Below, piece by piece: positions 1 to 8,851 of a stretch of 32,362 bases of DNA. Position numbers and translations under genes: made by a program. The DNA is from a virus (lineage: Duplodnaviria; Caudoviricetes), in the IMG/VR virus record IMGVR_UViG_3300037722_001039, positions 1 through 32,362 of that record; one strand, 5' to 3'. Within the stretch, counting starts at the first letter, position 1. Every line of letters starts with the position of its first letter. Below the pieces are notes generated by a model. The model saw nothing but the letters and a program-made list of their open reading frames with translations, made no database searches and had not been told where the DNA came from.

Positions 1-84
1 CCTTGCATAACCGGAATCTCCAGTAAACGGGAGCAGGTGAACCAGAAAAAGGATTAGGATGCCGCGTTTTAGTTCAACAACCGA

Positions 85-119
85 CCTGCAACAAATGACG
101 GTCTAAACTGCAACAAATG
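85..119 (+). repeat. Left terminal inverted repeat (35 bp) with tandem transposase-binding-like sites
   Basis: CCTGCAACAAATGACGGTCTAAACTGCAACAAATG; CTGCAACAAATGAC occurs at 86 and 108 (22-bp period); exact reverse complement at 32289-32323. Confidence 0.93.
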
Positions 120-157
120 ACCTTTTAAGATCCCGGCCGACTTGTCACTAAAAACCG

Positions 158-511
158 CTAAAAATCCTCGACGAATGTCGTATCGGATGGCGTCACCGTG
201 GCGTCCTCGATGGCAGCGGAATCGACCGAATTCGCCAGGGCTTTTTCCCCGTGAAAAAGCACCCCGACCAAACCGGCCCGAACCGTACCATCCACCACAA
301 CGGTAACCTTCTGGGACGTGGCTGACGTATGATAATAAACGCCGGTGGAACCTATCTCGGTGGCGTCACCAAGCTTGGAACCATTGGGAAGACCTCCGGC
401 CGCATCGTTCGCATGAAAGGCGTAAATCTCTACCATCTTGCCCGTTTCAGGAACCCTCACGATGGTACCACTGACGGTCTGCGTCGTCTCGAGGGAAAAA
501 GAATTCTGCAT
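158..511 (-). CDS. Putative tail tip/distal virion protein (117 aa)
   Basis: Last gene of the tail operon; rich in beta-forming residues and Gly/Thr/Ser; no family recognised. Confidence 0.5.
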   Translation of the reverse strand: MQNSFSLETTQTVSGTIVRVPETGKMVEIYAFHANDAAGGLPNGSKLGDATEIGSTGVYYHTSATSQKVTVVVDGTVRAGLVGVLFHGEKALANSVDSAAIEDATVTPSDTTFVEDF

Positions 512-513
512 TG

Positions 514-945
514 CTAAACTCCCATTTGCTTCAGATAGCCAACCGCCGTTGTCACATCCGTGTCCAGCACGGACAAACCCTTCTCTTTGCCTCTAAATCT
601 AAGCTGCGGACTTACAAATAGCCTGCTGCCCTTGGCCAAAAGCGGGAAGTTAACGCGCTCGAAATTATTAACGACCCAGAAATCATATCCATCCATGGAA
701 AGAATCTTACTATTTTTAGCAGACAGAAAGTTCTTCATCCAATGCGCGTCTACGAGGTCAAGTTCAACCCGGACATCAATAAGCAATCTAATGTCATCCC
801 AATCCTCGATTAGCTCATAATCGATGTCCTCGACGACTGCATCGTTACCGACTACCTCAAAACCAAATTCAACATCAGAAACCAATGTCCGGCTGGCAGC
901 GCCCCACCCATGCTTGAACGTAACATTTACGTCTTTGTTAATCAC
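514..945 (-). CDS. Putative tail tip protein (143 aa)
   Basis: Overlaps the end of the upstream gene, downstream of the tape measure; positional call only. Confidence 0.5.
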   Translation of the reverse strand: MINKDVNVTFKHGWGAASRTLVSDVEFGFEVVGNDAVVEDIDYELIEDWDDIRLLIDVRVELDLVDAHWMKNFLSAKNSKILSMDGYDFWVVNNFERVNFPLLAKGSRLFVSPQLRFRGKEKGLSVLDTDVTTAVGYLKQMGV

Positions 946-2173
946 CGGTCAAACCCTCAATCTGGGCAATTTTAGAGTTCTTCGTCAGTCTAATGTTAAA
1001 AAGCTTAACGGAATCTGCAAGCCCTATATAAAGCTCATCGAGAAGATCGGCACCATTATATATGATCCGGCCCTCGATGCCATTACCCGAATTGATGGAA
1101 CTGATATAATTCAACCCTACATTCGCAAACCAGTCTTGATTCTCGTTGCTACCGTCCAGAATCATGTACTCAGTGATGGGAAACCCGTCCGGGTTGGCTT
1201 CAGATATTTCGATATCCTCGGAGGCGTCATCATCCGATTGAGGATCGGACCCCTTGAAAATGCCAATATTGTGCTCCTGAATGTTCTCGCTATCGACATT
1301 TCCTTCGGTAAACAAATAGCTGTCAGCACCGCTAATGCTGACTCCATCGATACGATACTTTTCCCGTATCAACTTGCGCTCGAGCCAGACAGTTTCCAGC
1401 GTAGAAGGTGGCGTCGCCCACGAGCGCTTGGTCATTTGTAGAGCAACAGTCAAATAGTCGGTACCGGAGATGTCACTGATAGCAGGCTTGACGAAAAAGA
1501 CTGAGTTGAATAGCACACTAGCCAGCATGAACATGCTGTACCAACGGACGTCCAGGCTCTGAAAGGTCAGATTGAAGGCGTTGTCTTCGGTGTAAATCGT
1601 GTCGGTGAATCCTGAACCCCGATGAAGAAGCGGGACCTCACCGTCACCGTAAACCGGAACAACATGTGTTACACCGGTTAACCGGTATCCGTTGCTATTG
1701 CTACCTGCTATGTTATTGAGAATATCACCCAGTCCGAAGGCCCACCTGTCAGTCCTGATAATGCCACCCTCATTGATATCGACCAGGTAACCGGCACCGG
1801 TAGGATTCCACTTTTCAGAGTCGCCGGAATCATATTCAACCACATTCACCTTGGCATCATCAAAGAACTTTTTGGTAATGGAGTACAACCTGGTGTCAAA
1901 GCGCCCGCTCTTATCATCCCTGTTCTCAAAATCGAATCTTGCTCGGTAAACGTCGACCAGCTCGCCTTTGAATTGCAGCGCCAGCCAGTGATTATCGGCA
2001 TTCTCATCGAATGGAAGCTCTTGCAGGTGCTTGATTAATATGTCAGACACACGGACAGTGAACTCATCTCCTACCGTCCTATCCGTAGAGAAATCACCAT
2101 ATTGATTGACATCTGCAATCGACGTTATCTCACCTGTGTCGAGTGTGCCGATGTATTTAAGCTGCCATCTCAA
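938..2173 (-). CDS. Putative tail hub/tip protein (411 aa)
   Basis: Immediately follows the tape measure with a 4-nt overlap; acidic and beta-rich; positional call. Confidence 0.55.
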   Translation of the reverse strand: MRWQLKYIGTLDTGEITSIADVNQYGDFSTDRTVGDEFTVRVSDILIKHLQELPFDENADNHWLALQFKGELVDVYRARFDFENRDDKSGRFDTRLYSITKKFFDDAKVNVVEYDSGDSEKWNPTGAGYLVDINEGGIIRTDRWAFGLGDILNNIAGSNSNGYRLTGVTHVVPVYGDGEVPLLHRGSGFTDTIYTEDNAFNLTFQSLDVRWYSMFMLASVLFNSVFFVKPAISDISGTDYLTVALQMTKRSWATPPSTLETVWLERKLIREKYRIDGVSISGADSYLFTEGNVDSENIQEHNIGIFKGSDPQSDDDASEDIEISEANPDGFPITEYMILDGSNENQDWFANVGLNYISSINSGNGIEGRIIYNGADLLDELYIGLADSVKLFNIRLTKNSKIAQIEGLTGD

Positions 2174-4872
2174 ACTGTAACGTCTCTCTCAATTTTCTCG
2201 TACTTCCTGAAGTTCCTCCGCAGGAACTCCTGTCCGTCCAAAATACTCTTCATCTCAATGCGGATGTTGGCTATCGCGTCGACCGTACGATCAGTGAAAT
2301 CACGGAACTCTGCATTCATGCTGCCACCGGATGCTTCGGCAATCGCCGATCGGCCACCAGATGCAGAACCGACAGCTGTAAAATTGACTCCCCCGTTTAT
2401 TGCCTCGAGCAGAGCACGGTTACTGCGGGTGGCAGAACCGTTTACGATGAACTCATCTGTATTCGCAATGACCAGTCGATTCTCCCCGTCGCCGAAGTCG
2501 CCCTTGACGATGGTGCGAAAGTCACTCCCGACGATGCCTCCTTCTTTTCTTTTTACGAACTCGGTTGTAGCTATCTTGGCCACGTTCGCCAAACCCGTTG
2601 CAATGGTGGCCGCAGCAACCACAAAACTTAGCGGCCAGGAAACCGATGCCAGGGCTTTGTTTGCTGCCTGGTACGTGTCCACCGTGGCCGTGGCGATTGC
2701 GCCGGCTTTCCCCACCAAAAAGAGCTCCTTGCTGATACCCTGGGCGGCATTCATGACCAGGCTCAGCTGGTTGACCGCAAACTCCCTGCCACTTTCGTCC
2801 AGCTGCTTTTTACGGTCGGCAAACTCTTGGTCTATTCTGGCTATTTCCTGCCGGGTCCTCAGAGCCTCCTCACTCTCGAAGCCTTTTTCCTGTTGGAAGT
2901 GACGCAACTGTTCGTCCAGGATGCCGCGGCGACGCTCGGTATATTCATCCTCCTTGATGAGTGATTCTGCGTAGAACGTATCGAGCTGCAGTAGCGCGAC
3001 ACTGAAAGTTTCGGCCAGGTCCTCCTCTGCAGGTATGCCGAGATCAACGTCGAATGTTCCAAAATTAGATGGTAAACCTGGTGACAGCGGTTTAGCCCGT
3101 TTGACTTTTTCTGCAGCCTCCACAGTTTTTTCCCCAACCTTCTCAGCCGCTTCGGACAATTGATTCCAGCGATTCAGCATATAATCCAAATCCTCAGCAG
3201 TCAACTCCATACTTCTGGCCAGATTACTGCGATCACCATCAAAGTCAAAATATCTTGACAGAAAATTCATCGACTCGACAAATAGAGTATTCGCTTCCTC
3301 GACATCCTTTTTACGGTTTTCCATTAAACGGACCCGGATTTTATCCTGATCAATTAATATTTTAGTTGGAAGCGAAAAACTGCCCGAGCTACTCACGTTA
3401 TCAGATTCTTCGATCGCATCGTTTCTATCTTTTATTACATCGATACTCTCCTTAAGAATATCGAGTTGCTCTTCCATAATCTCTTTGTCCCGCACCCTCA
3501 GACTTGATCTCTGTATCTCAACCATCCTTTCCATCTTATCGGCATTCAACCCGACAGCCGCACCGTATTCATTCAGTTCGGTTATAGCCGTTGGATACTG
3601 CGCCGACAAGGTTGCAAGAATAGAACTGAACTCGTTGTGTTCCGTAACGGTCAAACTGCTCTTATCCCTCAACTCGACATATCGCTGTATCATTCGTTCG
3701 ACATTTCCTAAATCAGCCATTTTGGATTGGAGCGACTCGTATTCCTGTGTCAACTTTTTGGTCTTGGTTGTGGTGTCGAGTAATTCCAGAGAAAAATCTA
3801 TCAGCTTATTTGTATAAACAGCCAGGAACTCACCGGATTTGACAAGAGCAATGTCCCACCTGTTCTCGAGGAGCTGCAGCTGAGCGTCAATTGTCTGGTT
3901 GCTTTGTCCATACGCCGTACTCATCGCCCCCTGGCTGTTCTTCATCGCCTCAGTCTTCTCGATGAAAGTATCGTACTGAGAACCCGTCAACGCCAGAAGG
4001 GCATTCACTGCCTCTACACTGCCGAACAGCTCTGTCATGGCTGCAGCGGATCCACCGGTTTTTTCACCGAGAACTTTAAGCAATCCTGCCAGCCCTTCAG
4101 TTGCGACGAACTGCTCAACCGTCTGTCCTGTCTGTTCCTTGATGAGCTCTGTCAGCTCTTTGGTGGGTGCTGCCAGCCCCTGGGCGACGGCTCGCATTTG
4201 CGTGGTTACCTCTGCAGTACCACCTGTTACACCGGTAAGAGTTGCCATGGACCCGAAAAGTTCATCTGAGCTTATTTTCAAAGCTCCGAAGAGTGGAACC
4301 GCCTGGCCAAGAGTGGTAGACAATTCCTTGAAGTTTGTCTGGCCGAGACGGACTGTCGTGAACGCATCGTTGAGTATCTCTTCCACCTGATCCCAGCCTA
4401 GACCGTAGCCCTTGACCACAGCCGATGAAAGCTTTATCGCATCTGTGGTATCGGCAATTCCAGCCTTAGCAGCTTTAGCCGATAGCTCCAACACGTTAAT
4501 TTGCTCGCTGGCGTCGACCCCGGCAGAGACTACCTCATAAAGACCACCGGAAATATTTGTGAGAGGAACGGATACATCGTTAGCTACGGCCAGCACTTCC
4601 GAACGAAGCTTGCCGACGTTCGGAACGCCCAGCGTTGCCACGTTAGCCATGCTGGTTTCTAGCTCGGCAAACTTGCGCAGCGGCACCTCTATCTTCGCCG
4701 CCACTGCACTAACGACCTGGCCAATTTGGTTATAGGCAAACGAGAATGCCGTCACCTTTGCCGTCAGGGAATCGAAGCCTACTTCCGCTTTGGCGGTTAC
4801 GCCATCGACTTTGACGCTCTCGGCTTTATACTTGTCGGCGTCGAGCTCGAGCTTTATTTTAATCAGTGCCAT
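2170..4872 (-). CDS. Tail tape measure protein (TP901-like core, 900 aa)
   Basis: Ala/Gly-rich helical core (FAELETSMANVATL...AEVTTQMRAVAQGLAAP), coiled coils, C-terminal 'EGGIVG...EFIVNGSAT' motif; largest tail gene. Confidence 0.92.
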   Translation of the reverse strand: MALIKIKLELDADKYKAESVKVDGVTAKAEVGFDSLTAKVTAFSFAYNQIGQVVSAVAAKIEVPLRKFAELETSMANVATLGVPNVGKLRSEVLAVANDVSVPLTNISGGLYEVVSAGVDASEQINVLELSAKAAKAGIADTTDAIKLSSAVVKGYGLGWDQVEEILNDAFTTVRLGQTNFKELSTTLGQAVPLFGALKISSDELFGSMATLTGVTGGTAEVTTQMRAVAQGLAAPTKELTELIKEQTGQTVEQFVATEGLAGLLKVLGEKTGGSAAAMTELFGSVEAVNALLALTGSQYDTFIEKTEAMKNSQGAMSTAYGQSNQTIDAQLQLLENRWDIALVKSGEFLAVYTNKLIDFSLELLDTTTKTKKLTQEYESLQSKMADLGNVERMIQRYVELRDKSSLTVTEHNEFSSILATLSAQYPTAITELNEYGAAVGLNADKMERMVEIQRSSLRVRDKEIMEEQLDILKESIDVIKDRNDAIEESDNVSSSGSFSLPTKILIDQDKIRVRLMENRKKDVEEANTLFVESMNFLSRYFDFDGDRSNLARSMELTAEDLDYMLNRWNQLSEAAEKVGEKTVEAAEKVKRAKPLSPGLPSNFGTFDVDLGIPAEEDLAETFSVALLQLDTFYAESLIKEDEYTERRRGILDEQLRHFQQEKGFESEEALRTRQEIARIDQEFADRKKQLDESGREFAVNQLSLVMNAAQGISKELFLVGKAGAIATATVDTYQAANKALASVSWPLSFVVAAATIATGLANVAKIATTEFVKRKEGGIVGSDFRTIVKGDFGDGENRLVIANTDEFIVNGSATRSNRALLEAINGGVNFTAVGSASGGRSAIAEASGGSMNAEFRDFTDRTVDAIANIRIEMKSILDGQEFLRRNFRKYEKIERDVTV

Positions 4873-5356
4873 AGATCAAGTCGTCAGGGATTTCAAAGAG
4901 TGATTGATGTCCTCTATAAGGTATAGGATAATCAAGCATCTTTGTATCATCGAGAATCCAAGCATAGCGCCCATCACTGAAATCCCCCAGGTCACTTTCA
5001 GTCCACCTGAAAAGGTGCCTTTTACTTTCGTGTATATCTTGGTTTTCACGATAATGGTTTAGATGAGATGGCCAAGTGGGAACAATGTCAATGAGATTAC
5101 AGATTGCCAAAATGCAACCGTATGGTAGTCTGTCGAATAAATTAACGTCATCATACAACTCTATCGCAGGATGCAATGCACCACGCCATGAGGTTTCCCA
5201 AAAGAACCTGGCTATTTCTTTGTTGGTAAGGCGCCTCTTGGCGGCATGGATAGCAATCGGTCCGCGATAGGAGGTTTGCCATGACCTGGTCTCTATTCTT
5301 TTAGAACCGAGAGCGACAGCTGAAGCCCATGGCTGCCATAATGAAATTGCTTTCAT
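4859..5356 (-). CDS. ASCH domain protein
   Basis: Canonical N-terminus MKAISLWQPWASAVALGSKRIETRSW..YRGPIAIHAAK and C-terminal PIPYRGHQSLF. Confidence 0.9.
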   Translation of the reverse strand: MKAISLWQPWASAVALGSKRIETRSWQTSYRGPIAIHAAKRRLTNKEIARFFWETSWRGALHPAIELYDDVNLFDRLPYGCILAICNLIDIVPTWPSHLNHYRENQDIHESKRHLFRWTESDLGDFSDGRYAWILDDTKMLDYPIPYRGHQSLFEIPDDLIYGTD

Positions 5357-5359
5357 AAC

Positions 5360-5617
5360 TCACCCATTCAAAAATTCATCAACGAACTTGTCCACGCCCT
5401 TACCCAGAAAAAGAAAAACCGCCGCTTCGACAATGTCGCTATTTGCGGCGGCTTCATAATCTCCAAACCCTGCAGTCACGAGCGAACGAATGAACTTGTC
5501 CCAGAGATACCGGTCATCTTTTTTCCGGCTTGCGAATGAGTCCGACTTCTGAAGGACTCCAATCTCACTGAACGCCCGATCAATCCCGGCTAACTGCTGA
5601 AGGACTTTGACAAAAAA
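5360..5617 (-). CDS. Tail assembly chaperone C-terminal extension (gpT-like), read by -1 frameshift
   Basis: The -1 frame is open with no ATG from slippery T TTT TTG (5617-5611) to TGA at 5362-5360: FVKVLQQLAGIDRAFSEIG...DKFVDEFLNG*. Confidence 0.8.
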   Translation of the reverse strand, partial: FFVKVLQQLAGIDRAFSEIGVLQKSDSFASRKKDDRYLWDKFIRSLVTAGFGDYEAAANSDIVEAAVFLFLGKGVDKFVDEFLNG

Positions 5618-5862
5618 TTGCGGAACCCCTCCTTGATTGGATCAAGGTCCATCTCATCCCATGCAGCCTTGCCCAATTTGTCGAAGTCCTCCTCGAAACA
5701 CGTGCTGCAAACAAGCTTGACGTTATCGATATTACTCCAGAAGGTCGCCTGGTTGCCCTTCAGCATCACACTGCCGTCCTTGAACTCGACCAGGGGTTCA
5801 ATCGACCGCATAGTGCGCGGCGTAACCCTCGCCAGTTTGTAAGTAATTTTTTGCTCTTGCAT
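5590..5862 (-). CDS. Tail assembly chaperone (gpG-like, 90 aa)
   Basis: Upstream of the tape measure; ends ...RNFLSKSFSS with an X XXY YYZ slippery site; GAGG RBS. Confidence 0.75.
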   Translation of the reverse strand: MQEQKITYKLARVTPRTMRSIEPLVEFKDGSVMLKGNQATFWSNIDNVKLVCSTCFEEDFDKLGKAAWDEMDLDPIKEGFRNFLSKSFSS

Positions 5863-5891
5863 TTTTCCGCCTCGTATTTTTTTGAAGTCAT

Positions 5892-6000
5892 GGGCAGACG
5901 GATGGTTTCGCCTATCCGCCTGCCCTTCTTAGTGGTGCATTTCTCGGGTGCGGGAGTTAGAGCTCCCGCACCTTATCAGTTAAACCATCATCATGGTTTA
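5892..6000. promoter_or_regulatory. Three consecutive intergenic hairpins
   Basis: Inverted repeats at 5892-5925, 5947-5972 (GGTGCGGGAG/CTCCCGCACC) and 5981-6000 (TAAACCAT/ATGGTTTA). Confidence 0.55.
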
Positions 6001-6014
6001 GGTTTTTCTTACCA

Positions 6015-6404
6015 TCAACCGCCGTTCGCAGCGGCTCTCTCCCTGCCAATTTTAAGCGCTTCGATAAACAGACTCGTGTTCGCCATCGCGGCACGGATAA
6101 TTACCGGGCGCATGCGCTCATACTGCTCACCCGTGAGCTTCAGCCTCTCCTGGAGAAATGCGTCGACCTGATCCATCTCGGCTCCGGAGAAATCTTTGGC
6201 CTCCAGCTTTATGTGCTCGATGTTGTCGATCGCAGCCGGCAGCTTGGTCAAGGATGCTGCAATCGGAAGTATGTCTTCCAGGTCTACCCCGTCTAGAAGG
6301 GGATTCGTAAAATCCGCAGTGAAATCAAGCACCTCGAGGAACTCATCGATGCCGTACTCTTCCTGCTTGGATGGAGTATCATGGCTCTTTGCACAGCTAC
6401 ACAT
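6015..6404 (-). CDS. Hypothetical helical protein next to holin-like gene
   Basis: Likely start MCSCAK at 6404 after a CAGGAGG RBS. Confidence 0.6.
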   Translation of the reverse strand: MCSCAKSHDTPSKQEEYGIDEFLEVLDFTADFTNPLLDGVDLEDILPIAASLTKLPAAIDNIEHIKLEAKDFSGAEMDQVDAFLQERLKLTGEQYERMRPVIIRAAMANTSLFIEALKIGRERAAANGG

Positions 6405-6639
6405 TTCCGCCTCCTGTTTTTTTATGTTTGAAAAACTTATGTACAATTCCGGCAGCCATTAAGGGCACACCGGCAACCAACGCATTAAGTCCGAGGTCCC
6501 GGGTCTGATCGACAAGACACAAGCCAATGCCGCCAAGAGTCAGCAGTGCGCCGGACAAGGTTTTTTTGCCGTCCGTCTTTCTGCCAGCTTTGACCAGGAG
6601 TGGTCCGGCGAGCACTATTATATGTCTTAATTTCCCCAC
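6397..6639 (-). CDS. Putative holin-like small membrane protein
   Basis: 80 aa; GKKT followed by two hydrophobic segments and a basic C-terminus (HKFFKHKK). Confidence 0.55.
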   Translation of the reverse strand: MGKLRHIIVLAGPLLVKAGRKTDGKKTLSGALLTLGGIGLCLVDQTRDLGLNALVAGVPLMAAGIVHKFFKHKKTGGGNV

Positions 6640-6643
6640 AGGC

Positions 6644-7123
6644 TTATGTCGCTGAGTTGTCGCTTGTCCAGTCAGAGGTCGAGGTAGACATTGCCGTAAC
6701 GGGAAGAAGCGTCATCTTGTCCGTCTGTAAATCCTCCTGAACTTCCGGCATGATATTCATGTCCGTCCAGTCTTCGAATATCAGAAGAGCATCGGTCTCA
6801 CGATAGACCGCTACTCGTATGTCATATTTCAGGAGTATACGGATCGACTGGGTTTTGGTGTAGACGCCAGAGACCTCGCTACCGCCGATTATCTCGAGCA
6901 GCCTGGCGTGGTTGAACTCCAGTAGCACAAACTTCAGCTCGTGTACCGCACCACTCTCGTAGCGCTCTATCGGGTTGGGATTGTCGTGCGCCGTCTTCGC
7001 AATGACCCTGCCGGCACATTTATGGTTGACCGCATTCTCAGCTATCTTCAACTGAGTGGCCGCATCCAGGTCTCCGCCTGCTGCAACGATTTTCACATAA
7101 GCCGCATGAAGCTTGCCAGCCAT
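6644..7123 (-). CDS. Putative major tail (tube) protein
   Basis: 159 aa; siphovirus tube-like pattern (ELKFVLLEFNHARLLEIIGG...LLPVT); lies between head genes and chaperones. Confidence 0.7.
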   Translation of the reverse strand: MAGKLHAAYVKIVAAGGDLDAATQLKIAENAVNHKCAGRVIAKTAHDNPNPIERYESGAVHELKFVLLEFNHARLLEIIGGSEVSGVYTKTQSIRILLKYDIRVAVYRETDALLIFEDWTDMNIMPEVQEDLQTDKMTLLPVTAMSTSTSDWTSDNSAT

Positions 7124-7126
7124 GAA

Positions 7127-7342
7127 TCACCTTCCTGATTTAAGTTCTTTGATGGCCTCGGAATTATGATCTTGTGTCACCTTGTACTGAGCAAGGTTGA
7201 CTTCAATCCGTGTCACGGCCGCCTTTATGTCACTTACGTCGTCAGCCATTGCTTTGTACATGTAGGCCCCGATTAGAATAATAACAGAGGTCAATGTGAC
7301 CGCTATCCACTTCCAGGTTACGCTGCTGCCGTTTGATGTCAT
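7127..7342 (-). CDS. Single-TM plus coiled-coil protein (holin/XhlA-like candidate)
   Basis: TWKWIAVTLTSVIILIGAYMY then a heptad segment; start 7342 or 7354 is more plausible than 7489. Confidence 0.5.
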   Translation of the reverse strand: MTSNGSSVTWKWIAVTLTSVIILIGAYMYKAMADDVSDIKAAVTRIEVNLAQYKVTQDHNSEAIKELKSGR

Positions 7343-7406
7343 GGCGCCCTTCATTAAATTATATTCGCTGCCCGACCAGGGACCGATAGGAACGGGCGGT
7401 AAACTA

Positions 7407-7829
7407 TCAAGCCCCTGTAGCGTCGGGCGAGGCGGATTCTTCAGCTCCGAGGATCTCAACCTTTCCTTCTCTTGCGAGTCTGTTAGCATAATCAGCCTTC
7501 AACTCTTTTTCATCCCCGATAGAGCAGAGGTTTTTCCCTATCTTGTGCTCTTGCAGGAACCGAACCATGACCTTTCCGTCCTTGGGCTTAGCCACAATTG
7601 TAACCTCAACAGGATTGCCAGAGCTGCGCAATCCGTAATTTTGCTCAACCAGTTCCCGGTGATCGGGTTCAATCTCCGGACACCAATACCCGTAGTTGAT
7701 CACAAAAATTTTTGCAGTATCCAGGTCTACCTTTGCCCGCCCTTTGCGGAACTGGGTTGAATGCCGTCCGGCATTCCGATAGCCGGAAAAGGAAGGATTT
7801 GGCGTGTAGACTGTTACACTTTTAATCAT
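7407..7829 (-). CDS. Hypothetical head-region protein
   Basis: Start MIKSVTVY at 7829 forms an ATGA overlap with the upstream stop. Confidence 0.6.
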   Translation of the reverse strand: MIKSVTVYTPNPSFSGYRNAGRHSTQFRKGRAKVDLDTAKIFVINYGYWCPEIEPDHRELVEQNYGLRSSGNPVEVTIVAKPKDGKVMVRFLQEHKIGKNLCSIGDEKELKADYANRLAREGKVEILGAEESASPDATGA

Positions 7830-8170
7830 CCTGCAAACGCTCCTTTTATTACCGCTACGGTCAGACTTGTTACACCGGAATAAGTCAGCTCGACCTGGCC
7901 GTTCGCGTTGTTGAAAGCCTGCTGGTTGAATGGTCCGATAATACGCTCCTCTCCAGCTGTAATGACGACTGCTATATCGGCAGCCGCCTGACCCGGACAA
8001 GGGTTTGTAACCTGCGAATTAACGGTCACCGTTATGTCGCCGCCACTGCCGTTCTTCACGTTTAGGAACGTATTTCCATCATTGGCAAATGAATCTCCGC
8101 CTGCATTGGCAGCGTTGTCGGTTGCCTCCAAACCGGATACTGTCGCGGTCTCAACACTTAGGACGGCCAT
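7826..8170 (-). CDS. Putative virion accessory/decoration protein (114 aa)
   Basis: All-beta-like, rich in small residues (GDSFANDGNTFLNVKNGSGGDITVTV...AGEERIIGPF); GAGG RBS; near the capsid gene. Confidence 0.55.
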   Translation of the reverse strand: MAVLSVETATVSGLEATDNAANAGGDSFANDGNTFLNVKNGSGGDITVTVNSQVTNPCPGQAAADIAVVITAGEERIIGPFNQQAFNNANGQVELTYSGVTSLTVAVIKGAFAG

Positions 8171-8227
8171 TTCAACCTCTTATTTGTTAACCTGTAAACT
8201 GCCAAATAACTTGAATAACTGACCTTG

Positions 8228-8797
8228 CTAATTACCGTCGTTCTGGTAACAGTGCCATTTCAAATCGAAGACGGTATCGGATCGATTGAGAGCCACCCCC
8301 TGAACTTTCACCCTGTAGTACGGATATTTTTGATTATTCAGGTCGACGTCCAGGTATAGGAGCGTCTCAGCCGTCCGATCCACAAAAAGAGTGTCCACGA
8401 CAACCCAGGCCGTACTGGTTGAATCTCCGACAAAATTTCCTTCAACCCAGGCGGAGACTTTCGGATTGCCCAACGTCGACGATATCTGTGCTCTTATTTT
8501 GAATGGCTGACGGTTCGAATTCCAGTATCCGTTCAGAGTATCCGAGGTGAGAGTATCCTGCACTACACCCCAGTGCACACCGTTGTATTTTCCCAGTGTG
8601 AATTCATTACTCCAAAGAGTATCCAGAGAATCCACCGTACAGGTGAAATTCTTTATTTCTCCCGGATACAGTGCCTTGGTATAGCTGCCGACGCCGGGCT
8701 CGACCGACCAGGTGCCGGTACCATCAGCGAAAACATTGAAAAAGGTGAGTAACGCAATCAGCGCTAACAAAACTAAAGTGACAATTCTTTTACCCAT
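8228..8797 (-). CDS. Signal-peptide-bearing beta-rich protein directly downstream of the major capsid gene
   Basis: MGKRIVTLVLLALIALLTFFNVFA|DGTG; seven D-(S/T)-(L/T/V) motifs; GGAG RBS. Confidence 0.75.
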   Translation of the reverse strand: MGKRIVTLVLLALIALLTFFNVFADGTGTWSVEPGVGSYTKALYPGEIKNFTCTVDSLDTLWSNEFTLGKYNGVHWGVVQDTLTSDTLNGYWNSNRQPFKIRAQISSTLGNPKVSAWVEGNFVGDSTSTAWVVVDTLFVDRTAETLLYLDVDLNNQKYPYYRVKVQGVALNRSDTVFDLKWHCYQNDGN

Positions 8798-8851
8798 TGG
8801 GACAATTCTCCCTTAAAAAAAATTGAGACATTTAACTCTAGAACCCTCTTC

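Noticed and set aside
1-74. Target-site duplication with the right flank
   Set aside because: No 4-6-bp match at the inferred boundaries; only a CA dinucleotide recurs.
86-121. Tandem 14-bp repeat as a CRISPR array
   Set aside because: Only two copies, 22-bp period, no cas genes; mirrored at the far end, so it is a transposon end.
824-4390. Plus-strand ORFs opposite tail genes (e.g. 824-1441, 2102-2902)
   Set aside because: Antisense shadows with no recognisable motifs.
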